DNA of 64,000 nucleotides from Eledone cirrhosa (Eukaryota). The DNA lies in the NCBI GenBank assembly GCA_964016885.1, contig OZ024740.1, forward strand, positions 397,358,001 through 397,422,000, read 5' to 3'. The position numbers were made by a program, and so were the translations under genes. The first letter of the stretch is position 1. Each line of letters begins with the position of its first letter. The notes below the pieces were generated by a model. That model worked only from the letters and a program-made list of their open reading frames with translations. It was not told the DNA's origin and did no database searches. This document shows positions 12,947 through 25,320 of the stretch, one piece after another.

Positions 12947-13975
12947 ATTGAAACAAAATGAAAACGAAATTTCATTTCTCACTCTTAGTATGGCACTTAC
13001 TTAAATGTAAGTATGCATGTATACGTACATACATATATGTATACAGACGTACAGTAGCATGCACATATATATATATATATACATATATATATACATATGC
13101 ATACAGGTACACATACATATATGCACGTATCAGTTTAGCGGCGCTAACGTCGCTTTGTTCGTTTGTAAACAAACTGAACAGCCTGAATTTATGCCATACG
13201 GTGTTAAGGCAACCACGTCACCTTTTTGTTCAACACTGATAGCTAACAAGCTTGAAACTAGTACATCGTTCCTGTGTCAGTGTTGAACAAAAAGGTGACG
13301 TGGTTGCCTTAACACCGTATGGCATAAATTCAGGCTGTTCAGTTTGTTTACAAACGAACAAAGCGACGTTAGCGCCGCTAAACTGATACGTGCATATATG
13401 TATGTGTACCTGTATGCATATGTATATATATATGTATATATATATATATATGTGCATGCTACTGTACGTCTGTATACATATATGTATGTACGTATACATG
13501 CATACTTACATTTAAGTAAGTGCCATACTAAGAGTGAGAAATGAAATTTCGTTTTCATTTTGTTTCAATTTATCGTTTTCGGTATGCCTGACCGATTTAA
13601 CTCACTCAATATGCAAATTAGGCTGCTCAGCCGTTAATTTTCATAAGGAAAGTATATACTTTCGAACATTCAACTATCTGGCAGATGGGTAAACGGTGCT
13701 GATGATAGCTAACAAGCTTGAAACTAGTACATCGTTCCTGTGTCAGTGTTGAACAAAAAGGTGACGTGGTTGCCTTAACACCGTATGGCATAAATTCAGG
13801 CTGTTCAGTTTGTTTACAAACGAACAAAGCGACGTTAGCGCCGCTAAACTGATACGTGCATATATGTATGTGTACCTGTATGCATATGTATATATATATG
13901 TATATATATATATATATGTGCATGCTACTGTACGTCTGTATACATATATGTATGTACGTATACATGCATACTTAT
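12947..13975 (+). mobile_element. Family B HHR mini-element: 293-bp inverted repeat plus 466-bp head-to-tail repeat, inside (TA)n
   Basis: Arms 12947-13239 and 13277-13569 (mirror ORFs in the track are identical), with a 37-nt spacer. 13240-13506 repeats at offset 466. Confidence 0.9.
13692..13736 (+). ncRNA. Type-I hammerhead ribozyme, family B
   Basis: AACGGTG-CTGATGA-TAGCTAACAAGCTT-GAAA-CTAG-TA-CATCGTT. 7-bp stem I, palindromic ACTAGT, GUA site after 13729. Confidence 0.85.
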
Positions 13976-14439
13976 ATATATATATATATATATATACATA
14001 CTCACACACAGAGAAAGAGGGAGAGAAAGAGAGAAAGCAAGAGATTGATGCATAGATATTGGTAAAGATGTAAATATTTATTATACTGACTATGGTATTA
14101 TTTAAGTACAATTGTTTCATGAGGCATCTCTTTCAGATTTTCACTGATACAAACTCCATTCAACCCTTCAGACTATATTGATGCAATTTTGTAATGGTTC
14201 TGTTCTTTTGCTTCAAATGTGAAAGAATTCCAAAAGAAAAGTGTTTTAGATATAGTGAGTGTTAAAAGAAAAGCAATAGAGGCAATTTTGTAGTTGATAA
14301 GACAGATAGATGAAGATACTCTACAAAAATTAAAAAGAGCTAACTTTTGGAAGATCCATGTATAGGGTAAAAGAATAAAAAAAAATTGTAATTCTAGAGT
14401 GTCCATGTGAAAGTTGTTAGATATCAGTTGACTTAAAAA

Positions 14440-14850
14440 ATTACAACACCAACCTCACTAATGTTCATTTCCTAGATATCACATTCAACTTAAATTCACT
14501 TACTCATAAGCCTTACCACAAACCTAATGAGCAGCTTATATAAACCAACAGAAACTCATGTTATCCACCCACAGTCTTCAGGAATCTAATAGCCAAAATA
14601 TGAAAGAGAATTTCTCTTCAAATAAGGATATATTTGACAGAGTAACCTTCTACTGCAATAATGCCCTAGTCAACACCCTAGTAATAAAAATAATGGAAAT
14701 AGAGACACGCCCTCTAAACCAATGATGTGTCTTAAAAATTGCTTCCTAAACCACAAGATAACCTTCAGATATCTAGACAAAAGATCCAACACTAACCTCA
14801 CAAGTTATGTTTGGAATCTTAAAGACAGAAGTACAAAACACTAAGGCTGA
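14440..14850 (+). mobile_element. Old Penelope-like element fragment (RT thumb / GIY-YIG)
   Basis: 'FLDITFNLNSLTHKPYHKPNEQL...SCYPP' aligns by eye with 'FLDINLDLLTASFKPYHKPNENL...SCHPP' of the 26-kb PLE. 'LTSYVWNLKD' follows. Confidence 0.7.
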
Positions 14851-15389
14851 TTTCTTCAATTGCTACCGTCACACACACAAATTTATACCCAAGGACTGGA
14901 AAGTCCTACCCACACCAAATTAGAAAAAAAATGAATATCAAGAATTCTGCCCACTGATTTCTGATATTTCCTAATTACTTCCACATGGACCCTCTTTATA
15001 AACCCAATCTCTTTCTTATTTTTTCTCCTCTATCTTTCTATGTGGGCTCTCCAACAGTTATAGACTTTTGTAGAGTGCAATGGAGGAATTCCACTGAGTT
15101 GTTAACACTAGAGTGATTATTACATCTCAGCTAGGCAATGATGACCAGAAGTGACATTGTAGGAGCAGTGGCAGTTACATATTGCTTACAGGGAAGAAAG
15201 AAGAGAGGGAGAGAGAGAATGGGAGTAGTGCTATATAGTAGAAACAGTCTTCAAAGGACAGAAGGGTTTGTAGCTCAGGGTGGGGTGGGTAAGTCTATAG
15301 AATTGGTGGGTATTATGTGTGTGTGTTTATGTACCCAGAGTTTATATTTTGTACACAATATGTAATTCCTACCATATTACACACAGTTA

Positions 15390-15620
15390 TTTTCATGATG
15401 GAATTTGTCCTGTCTTCTTTATTATTCATTAGGACTTCAGTCTTTGTTAAGTTGACTTTGAAGTCTTTCAATTCCAAGTTTTGCTTCCAATCTAGAATTT
15501 CTTCTCTTGTTCTGATACAGATTCTACTAAGTCATCAGTATATATGAATATATATGAGTTCCCACTGGCAATCAGTCTTAAACTCCACTGTTATAGCTTT
15601 CTTAATGCACAGAATTTGAG
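15390..15620 (-). mobile_element. Old RTE RT fragment
   Basis: 'LELKDFKVNLTKTEVLMNNKE' resembles 'LESKGLKINLAKTKVLVCRKE' in the young RTE copies. Confidence 0.5.
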
Positions 15621-15835
15621 CGAAATATGCAGACTCAAATTAAAGTCTCAAGGGATAAACATGTATAAAAACGTATACAAAGGAAAAGATAAAATATTGA
15701 AATAAATTTGATAACACTTGGTAACTTTTTTTTTCAATTGGAACTTAGTCAAAAATATGTTTCGAGAAATGAAAAACATTTTTTAATGAAATTATTTAAA
15801 ATATCTTCATAACAAATAAAATAACATTTACTTAC

Positions 15836-16191
15836 TTAGAAAATGATGTGGTTGTTCAAGACTATTCCATCTACCTGAAGCAGAAGCACATCTTATATTA
15901 ATAGCACCAGCATCATTTTTACGGTGATGAATGCCAACACTGTTACCAGTCTCTTCATCTTTCACTAGACAATTATCCTTCTGATCATCATTAACATTGT
16001 AAAGTTCAATTACAAAAATTGGATTATCTAAGCCTTTTTTCTTGTCCGATGCACCTGTTTCTGTCTTGTTTTTTTCGTTTAATAAAGGAGTTTTGATGTT
16101 CTCAGAAAGTATTTCATTGACAACCACTTTTCCTTCACTTGAATCACTTGACTGTTTCACATGCATCTTGTTTCACATGCATGTGAAATTG
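15836..16191 (-). CDS. Candidate first coding exon of an unidentified host gene (hydrophilic N-terminal tail, possibly of a membrane protein)
   Basis: Acceptor TTTATTTTTTTTAGTTTCAG ends at 16192, ATG at 16166, 110 non-repetitive codons, donor GTAAGT at 15835 (phase 1). The peptide has TPLL and NPIF sorting-like motifs. Confidence 0.55.
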
Positions 16192-17658
16192 CTGAAACTA
16201 AAAAAAATAAACAGTTTTTAAAATCTAAAATGTTTAGGAAATATATGTTGCATATTATATAGATTAATATTATAGAGTAGAGAGTTAAACGAATCAGTAG
16301 ATGTCGAATTTAGTTTTATCTGTAAATTCTGAATTCAGATCCTCATAGAGTCAATTTCCTTTTCATCCACTTAGCAGTGATAAAACAAGTAGAAATAACA
16401 TACATCTACCAATTCAGTGAACTACACTTTTCTCTTTGCTTTTGTTTTTACTGTAAAGTCAGGGAGAGATGAGAAGCACCCATGGCCCTTTATTTTCAGT
16501 ATCTCTAGAATTTCTGCAAATCCAAGATAATCAAAATATTTATGTGGTGCAGATGAAACAATGCAAGAGGTCAGATCATGATAAACTATGCGTCTTAAAA
16601 GATGTCTTAATTCCTTAGTTGATAAAAATACTCTGTACATTATTTATGCAGTGCTGTTGACTCACTATATTTTGTAAATAGATTATTGTTGTTTAACTCC
16701 AAGTTAGTCATGATCTAGCAAACCTATTATCAAAGACATTCTAGCCTTGACCACCCTGCCATTTTTGTATATTATGGATTACTTTATTTAATTCTCAGCT
16801 GAAGTGTTCTGCTTGAGAATGGGTCACAGGTGGGATACAGTCTTACAATCAACAGATATGATGGTTAGTTATGATATAAGTGTGCTCCTGATGGACAAAT
16901 AAGCAACACTGGATAAAATAGCAGTAAGCTACTAGGGAAGATGGTGACACTGTTAGTTCTCAAGAAAACTTTCATAATCCAGTGAGGTAGTTACAAGTAG
17001 TGACCACCTCTAAAAAGGCCTAGTCTTTATAAGTCTAAGAAAATTACCAAATTGATGACTGGCATGAATAATACCATCAAAAACTGCAGTACGGTCAGAT
17101 TCAATAAAGACAATTGTAACTCATCATCCTTTGTGCAGGGTAACATGAGGCACATTCAGGCCTTAAGTTGTGAGACCCATTTGAAAAATATATTGCAGTC
17201 TCCATCTAAGGCTGAAAAGACTGGCAATGGACCAGTGTCCTGTCTTGGGAAGTGTCAGATAGCTATGCAGAAAGCCTACACAGTGAGTTCTGCATGTGAG
17301 TCAAGTTTCACTGAAACATTGTTCAACTTAAATGTCATACATATAATTATATGTGCATTAGACTGTAATTTCACTAATATCATGCTATTACTTCTCATTC
17401 TAATAGAATAGTAAAATATTCCTAATTTCTGCTATAAAATGGTTGATAATAGGTCGGGCATTCAACCATTAAAAGAATCATAGAAAAAAAAACATGACAA
17501 ACATGACAACAAAGATTGGTGGTTTTCTCTGTTTTATGTATATCAGCTACTGAATAGCTGTAGTGAGACACTGGTGCACACTCATTCAACCCATACCTCC
17601 ATGGATAAAGAAACACAATAGAAATATACAAAATTATATATATATATATATATATATA

Positions 17659-17851
17659 GGAAAAAGTTTAATCCCAACGGCAGAGCTCAAGCTGTTTTGA
17701 AGGCTATTTCTGGACTCCAGAAATATCCGTCGAAGCAGCTTGAGCTCTGCCGTCGGGGTTAAACTTTTCCCTATTACCCACTCTACTACCCTAAGTATTG
17801 AGTACTCTGATGCGTTATGGTCCATCTGGTTCCTTACCACACCTCCTTTGT
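17659..17851 (+). mobile_element. Fold-back mini-element in (TA)n sharing a motif with the PLE pLTR
   Basis: Imperfect palindrome 17659-17770 plus an 80-nt tail. GCTTGAGCTCTGCCGT is also present at 22852-22867 and 27675-27690. Confidence 0.7.
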
Positions 17852-17877
17852 TATATATATATATATATATATATATA

Positions 17878-18020
17878 TTTCGTTTCTGAATTTGTTTAGC
17901 AAGATTCTTTATCTGAAATCGTGTGTTGAAACCGATATTGTTATACTTTGGGAGGGTCATGTTGCCAATAAGAAACTGGTGCGTGTGTTTCTTATTGGCA
18001 ACATGACCCTCCCAAAGTAT

Positions 18021-18028
<8 letters not shown>
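17878..18028 (-). mobile_element. Minimal family A fold-back insertion
   Basis: Perfect 42-bp arms 17935-17976 / 17987-18028, tail 17878-17934, (TA)n on both sides. Confidence 0.85.
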
Positions 18029-18053
<25 letters not shown>

Positions 18054-18598
18054 ACCCATGCTAGCATGGAAGATAGACGTTAAATGATGATGATGATGAT
18101 GATACATATATATATATAGGGTGTTCCCCAAAAATGTATACATACATCAACAGCATTCTAATGAATATTGCCTGTACAGGTAATCAAAGTATGTATACAT
18201 TTTTGGGGGATACTATTTTGGGGGGATATATATCATCATCATCATCATCATTTTACGTCCGCTTTTCCCTGCTTGCAAGGGTGGGATGGGAACTGATTCT
18301 GGCTTGATTTCTACAGCTGGATGCCCTTCCTAACACCAACCCCATTTACAGTGAGTGCTGGGTGCTTTTTTTGCCGTGGCACCTCCACGACCACTTTGCA
18401 GTGGAATGATAGGGACTCCAGTCCTATCATCTCATTTGTACAGCTGAGTAAACTGGAGCAATATGAAATAAAGTGTCTTGCTCAAGGACACAACACATTA
18501 CCCGGTCTGAGAATTGAACTCACAACCTTTTGATTGCAAGGCCAATGCTCTAACCACTAAACCATATATATATATATACACACACAGACATATATGTA

Positions 18599-18678
<80 letters not shown>

Positions 18679-18689
18679 AATAGTAATAA

Positions 18690-18905
18690 TAATAAAATTG
18701 AAGACTAAAATCCAAAGAGGGCTGGATAAGGAAAATATATATCAAATATATAAGAACCGTAGAGCAAATATTTATTAAAATAACAGATTTTTTGAAATAT
18801 CCAGTTCTGCGTTTACAGATTGACTTTGTTAGTTTCAGAAGATCCCGTTAAGGGTGAAAGCAGCGATTCTTTGCTTAAACTTTAATCTGTTATTTTAATA
18901 AATAT
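18690..18905. mobile_element. Family F fold-back mini-element
   Basis: Homologous to 37232-37550; inverted junction near 18789; flanked by TA/TAA repeats. Confidence 0.75.
18831..18881 (+). ncRNA. Variant type-I hammerhead, family F (CAGAAGA core)
   Basis: AGTTT-CAGAAGA-TCCCGTTAAGGGT-GAAA-GCAGCGATTCTTTGC-TT-AAACT. All three stems form; the core has U4A. Confidence 0.6.
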
Positions 18906-18930
18906 ATATATATATAATATATATATATAT

Positions 18931-19480
18931 ATATTGTTATGCTTTGGGAGGGTCATGTTGCCAATAAGAAACACACGCACCAGTTCCTTTCACTCCAATT
19001 TATTATAAGTTAAATTTATAAATTTCCGGTTGATTGGTTGGTTCCACAACCGGACGGTTGTTCATATATTGTCAAAGTTCTTTCGTCACACATTCTGTGA
19101 CCTCTTCAGTGACTGGGGATTTTTTTCTTTTCACCCGGATGTAACACATGCGCAAACTAAGCACACAACACACACAAAAAAAATAAGATGGCGTAGGACA
19201 GAACAAAGGAGAGGCACAAAAACAAAGAAAAGAATCCCCAGTCACTGAAGAGGTCACAGAATGTGTGACGAAAGAACTTTGACAATATATGAACAACCGT
19301 CCGGTTGTGGAACCAACCAACCAACCGGAAATTTATAAATTTAACTTATAATAAATTGGACTGAAGGCAACTGGTGCATGTGTTTCTTATTGGCAACATG
19401 ACCCTCCTAAAGCATAACAATATCGGTTTCAACACACGTTTTCAGATAAAGAATCTTGCTAAACAAATTCAGAAACGAAA
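18931..19480 (+). mobile_element. Family A fold-back element with an HHR on each strand
   Basis: About 200-bp arms 18931-19130 / 19224-19423, 57-nt tail 19424-19480, (TA)n flanks. HHRs at 19071-19113 (-) and 19241-19283 (+). Confidence 0.9.
19241..19283 (+). ncRNA. Minimal type-I hammerhead, family A
   Basis: GTCA-CTGAAGA-GGTCACAGAATGTGTGAC-GAAA-GAAC-TT-TGAC. Other copies at 19071-19113 (-), 19701-19743 (-), 32136-32178 (+) and 37882-37924 (+). Confidence 0.7.
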
Positions 19481-19488
19481 TATATATA

Positions 19489-19548
<60 letters not shown>

Positions 19549-19554
<6 letters not shown>

Positions 19555-19897
19555 ACGCTTTGGGAGGGTCATGTTGCCAATAAGAAACACACGCACCAGT
19601 TGCTTTCACTTCAATTTATTATAATAAATTTATAAATTTAAGAATTTATAAATTTCCGGTTGGTTGGTTGGTTCCACAACCAGATGGTTGTTTATATATT
19701 GTCAAATTTCTTTCGTCACACATTCTGTGACCTCTTCAGTGACTGGGGATTCTTTTCTTTGTTTTTGTGCCTCTCCTTTGTTCTGTCCTACGCCATTCTG
19801 TCCTACGCCATTTTGTTTCTGTGTGTCACACAGAAACAAAATGGCGTAGGACAGAACAAAGGTGCGTGTGTTTCTTATTGGCAACATGACCCTCCCA
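19549..19897. mobile_element. Rearranged family A copy
   Basis: The inverted arm starts at the same fixed site. Internal hairpin and duplication at 19778-19860; joined directly to a family B copy. Confidence 0.8.
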
Positions 19898-20373
19898 TAC
19901 TACTGTACGTCTGTATGCATATATGTATGTACGTATACATACTTATATTTAACTAACAGCTGAACTAAGAGTGAGAAATGAAATTTCGTTTCATTTTTTT
20001 TTGTTTATCGTTTTCGGTGCGCCCGGCCGATTAACTCACTCGATATCAAATTAGGCTGCTCAGCTGTTAATATGCATAAGGAAAGTATATACTTTCAGAC
20101 GTTCAATCATCTGGCAGGAAGGTATACGGTGCTGACGATAGCTAATAAGCTTGAAACTAGTACATCGTTCCTTTGTCAGTGTTGAATAAAAGGGCAACGA
20201 TGGTTGGTAAATACTCTACGGCTTAATTCGGGATGTTTGTTTACAAACACCCCGAGCATTATAATAAATGTTCGGTGAATCCATATGTACATATATATAT
20301 ATATGTGTGCATGTATGTATATATATACATACTACTGTACGTCTGTATACATATATGTATGTACGTATACATA

Positions 20374-20380
<7 letters not shown>
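19898..20380 (+). mobile_element. Diverged family B copy (about 1.1 units) with HHR at 20126-20168
   Basis: ACGGTG-CTGACGA-TAGCTAATAAGCTT-GAAA-CTAG-TA-CATCGT. The terminal segment CATACTACTGTACGTCTGTAT occurs at both ends. Confidence 0.8.
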
Positions 20381-20454
<74 letters not shown>

Positions 20455-22510
20455 CATCATCTTCGTTTAACGTCCATTTTCCACGCTAGCATGGATTAGA
20501 CGGGAGTTGTCCCACTTGAGGAAAAGCTGGTCCGGTGACCGTGTCTCGCTCATATAGAACTATCTGGCAGGTTTTCTACGGCTGGATGCCCTTCCTAACA
20601 CCAACCACATTTACAGTGTGGAACTGGGAACTTTTACCGTGTTAACTACACGGCCACATTACAGCATGGACTGTGTGTGTTTTTGTTGTGACACCTACAC
20701 GCTCTCGATCTCATTTTCTCGTGCTGTTGGTGGGAGTGGGAGGATAGGATAGGGGTAGTGGATTGGGGTGTATATTTGGTTAAGAGGTGCCTACTGACTG
20801 TAGGTTTCGCTTTGTACATAGGCAAGGCGGGTCTTCTGTATTACTGCGTAGCGCCAAAGATCTCGGTTCAGAGACATTGTCTTAGAGAGATGTAAGTGTG
20901 TGAGGTCGGAATTTATCAGATCATCCCAGGTTTTTCTGGGTCTACCTACTCCGTAACTACCATCAATTTTGATCGCCCTGCACTTTTTTATGCAGCTGTC
21001 GTCTTTCATGCGTATCACGTGACCATACCAACGTAGTCTTCTCTCAAGTAAACAGCATCTGATCCCTCTTATTCCTAATTTCTCACTTAGTTCATTTATG
21101 CTTTGCTATTCACGTATATTACTATTACACATCCAACGGAGCATGCATGCTTCGTTCCTTTCCAGTCTACGCAGGTCCTCTGCACGTAATGCCCATGTCT
21201 CACTGCCATGTAGCATTGCTGTTCGTATACAGGCATCATACAATCTGCCTTTCATTTTTAGAGAGAAACCTTTTGTGGAAAACAGCGGTATAAGCTCTCT
21301 GAACTTTTTCCATCTCGTTCTGACTCTGGCTACTGTACTTTCAGAACACCCTCCACCACTACTGATTTCGTCACCCAGGTAACGGAAAGTGTCTACTATT
21401 TCTATAGAACTATCTGGGCAATAGAAGGAGCTAGCATCCTTTGGTCACTTGCTACTTATTGCACCTGAGCATTGGCCACATATAAAGTCTACGTTCTTAG
21501 ATAGTTTACCTGTGATCCCACTACATCTTTTATGTACCCATACTTTGTATTTGCAACATAAAATGGAATTTCTGCCTACTCCTTTCCTACACATTGAGCA
21601 TGGTCATTTCCCTGAGGGCACCTGTGCCCTATTTTCCTTTCTACAAACTAGAACTTTAGTCTTAGACGACTTAACTTTAAGGCCTTTTGATTCTAGGCCA
21701 TGCTTCCTTGTTTCGAATTTCTTCTCTAGTTCAGTCATTGATTCAGCTATGAGCATTAGATCATCTGCGTATAGGAGTTCCCATGGGCAGCCGGTCTTGA
21801 ACTCCTCTGTTATAGCCTGAAGGGCAATAATAAATAAGAGGGGCTAAGGACAGAGCCTTGATGAACGCCAACTTTTACACTAAATTCTTCACAATATTCA
21901 TTGTTAATTCTAACCTTACTGACTGTTTCATTATACATAGCTTGCATAGCTCTCACAAGCCATTCATCTATACCTAGTTTTCTAAGAGCCCACCAGATAA
22001 TGGAGCGGGGGACTCTGTCAAAAGCTTTCTCCAGGTCTACAAAAGCTAAGTAGAGGGGTTTACTTTTAGCTAGGTACTTCTCTTGTAGTTGTCGTACAAG
22101 GAAAAGAGCGTCTGTGGTACTTTTACCTGACACAAACCCAAACTGCATTTCATCTAGATCAATTCGCTCTCTGATTAGTTGCGCTATAACTCTTTCTGTG
22201 ACCTTCATGACCTGGTCAACTAACTTAATGCCTCTATAGTTTCCCCTATCTAGAGCATCCCCTTAACCCTTGTAGCAGTTAATGATGATGCTGCTACGCC
22301 AGTCTTTCGGTATGACCCCATTCTGTATTACTTGGTTAACTATACGGGTGACCATAGTGTGTCCCACCATACCAGATGCCTTCAACATCTCAGCAACTAC
22401 CTCCGAAGGCCCAGCTGCCTTGCCAGTCTTCATATCGTTGATTGCCTTACTTATTATACTACCTTTAACTTGCACCGCTGGTCCTTCTATTGGATCGATT
22501 TGGGGCAGAC

Positions 22511-22518
<8 letters not shown>
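20455..22518 (-). mobile_element. 5'-truncated RTE LINE with Cys-rich (PHD-like) insert in RT, copy 1
   Basis: ORFs 22263-22559, 21810-22208 (FVDLEKAFDRV, GVHQGSVLSP) and 20791-21018. (GAT)n tail; both ends in (TA)n. Confidence 0.9.
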
Positions 22519-22545
<27 letters not shown>

Positions 22546-22886
22546 ATCTGAAATCTCATCTGATTTGTAACTGGATTGACATTGATAACTCAACCGCCTT
22601 GAACTCCTTCTCTGCTCTTTACTTCTACTACGGTTTTTTTTACCTGCTGAATCCACGTTCTGTACTCTTGTATTCTCTTTCTCCCTTATCTCCCTTTATA
22701 TTTAACCTTTTCCTATGTCATTTCCCCCCCCCCCTCCTTTTCTCCCCTATTTGTTTGCCTTACTCTTCACATACCAAAATTTTTTTTATTTTTAGATATT
22801 AATTTTTTATATAATGGTTTTGTGTGTTTTTATATAATAGCCTCAGAAAAGGCTTGAGCTCTGCCGTAGGGTCAGGCTTTTTCCTA

Positions 22887-22922
<36 letters not shown>

Positions 22923-23231
22923 CGTTTTTGTATGTGTGTTTGTATTTCTGTGGTTGTGGGTTTTTTTGTGTGTGTGTGTATGTATATATATTTATGCGTG
23001 TGTGTGTGTGTGTGTATATGTATATATGTATAAGGGTGTATGTATGTGTATCATTATATATAGTGATTTGATGATTATTTTCATTGATATTTTGCTCCAT
23101 GAACTTGTTGAGTGCTCTAGGTCTGCTATGGGCATTTATACCCTTTTCAAAACATATATATATTTTTATTATTTGTCGTATTCCATTTTTTTATATATAA
23201 AAAATATTTATTTTATAATATTCATGTTCTT

Positions 23232-23293
<62 letters not shown>

Positions 23294-23313
23294 AGTTATA
23301 TATGTATATGTAT

Positions 23314-23356
<43 letters not shown>

Positions 23357-23423
23357 TATTTGGTTGTGCGTGTTTGTGATATGTACGTATTTGTATGTGT
23401 ATAATTGTATGGCTATGTATGTA

Positions 23424-23474
<51 letters not shown>

Positions 23475-23779
23475 ATGTATATGTGTGTGTATATATGTAT
23501 ATGTGTGTGTGTGTGTGTGTGTGTTTGTATTTGTGTATGCGTATGTATGTGTTTATGTATTTGTATATGTATATTTATGTGTGAGAGTGTGTGTGTGTAT
23601 ATTTTTCTAATTTTGTGCATGCATATGTATGCATGTATATGTGTGTGTATGTATGTGTATGTATGTACGTGTGTATATACGTATGATTGTGTGTATGTAT
23701 GTATGTATGTATGTATGTATGTATGTATGTATGTATGTATGTATATGTAGGGGTGTATGGCTATGTATGTGTATGTGTA

Positions 23780-24718
<939 letters not shown>

Positions 24719-24869
24719 ATGTGTATATATGTGTGTGTGGTTGTGTATATGTATGTGTATGTATGGATATGTTGATATTTATGTGTGTATGCATGTATGT
24801 GTATATGTATGTGTATGTATATATATACACATATATATATGTGTATATGTGTGTGTGTATGTATGAGTG

Positions 24870-24912
<43 letters not shown>

Positions 24913-25048
24913 ATAATTGTGTGTGTGTGTGTGTTTGCATGTGTGTTTTTATTTTATTTTTCCTTTCCATCTTCCTTCTCCAGCCTCACTTTCATATAGA
25001 TTGCATTTTTGTTTTTAGAATCCAATATCAATAAATACACCAGGATTT

Positions 25049-25107
25049 TTTCATTCTGATGATTGAAAGCAAATTTTTTGCTTTTAAGAAACCACTGGTA
25101 AATGGAA
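25049..25107 (+). ncRNA. Type-I hammerhead ribozyme in the PLE 5' pLTR, family E
   Basis: TTTCATT-CTGATGA-TTGAAAGCAAATTTTTTGCTTTTAA-GAAA-CCACTGG-TA-AATGGAA. 7-bp stem I, 11-bp stem II, GUA site about 220 nt upstream of the ORF ATG. Confidence 0.85.
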
Positions 25108-25320
25108 TAATTGCCTTATGTTATTTATTACATAACTATTAAGCTATGTTACCTACATAGAGCCCTCTTTTTTCCTGGACTTTTCCGACGGAATTACTTC
25201 ATTTATACAGCTCCAACCGGGATTGATTGAAGCATATTCTATATTACATATACGATTGGCACTTTCCAGCCCGATTAGTTGAGCACTCTACAGTTTTCAG
25301 GAATTTAACCAACATACACA

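Noticed and set aside
15040-15115. Possible decayed HHR after the old PLE fragment
   Set aside because: A GTTAAC palindrome is present but neither core box is recognisable.
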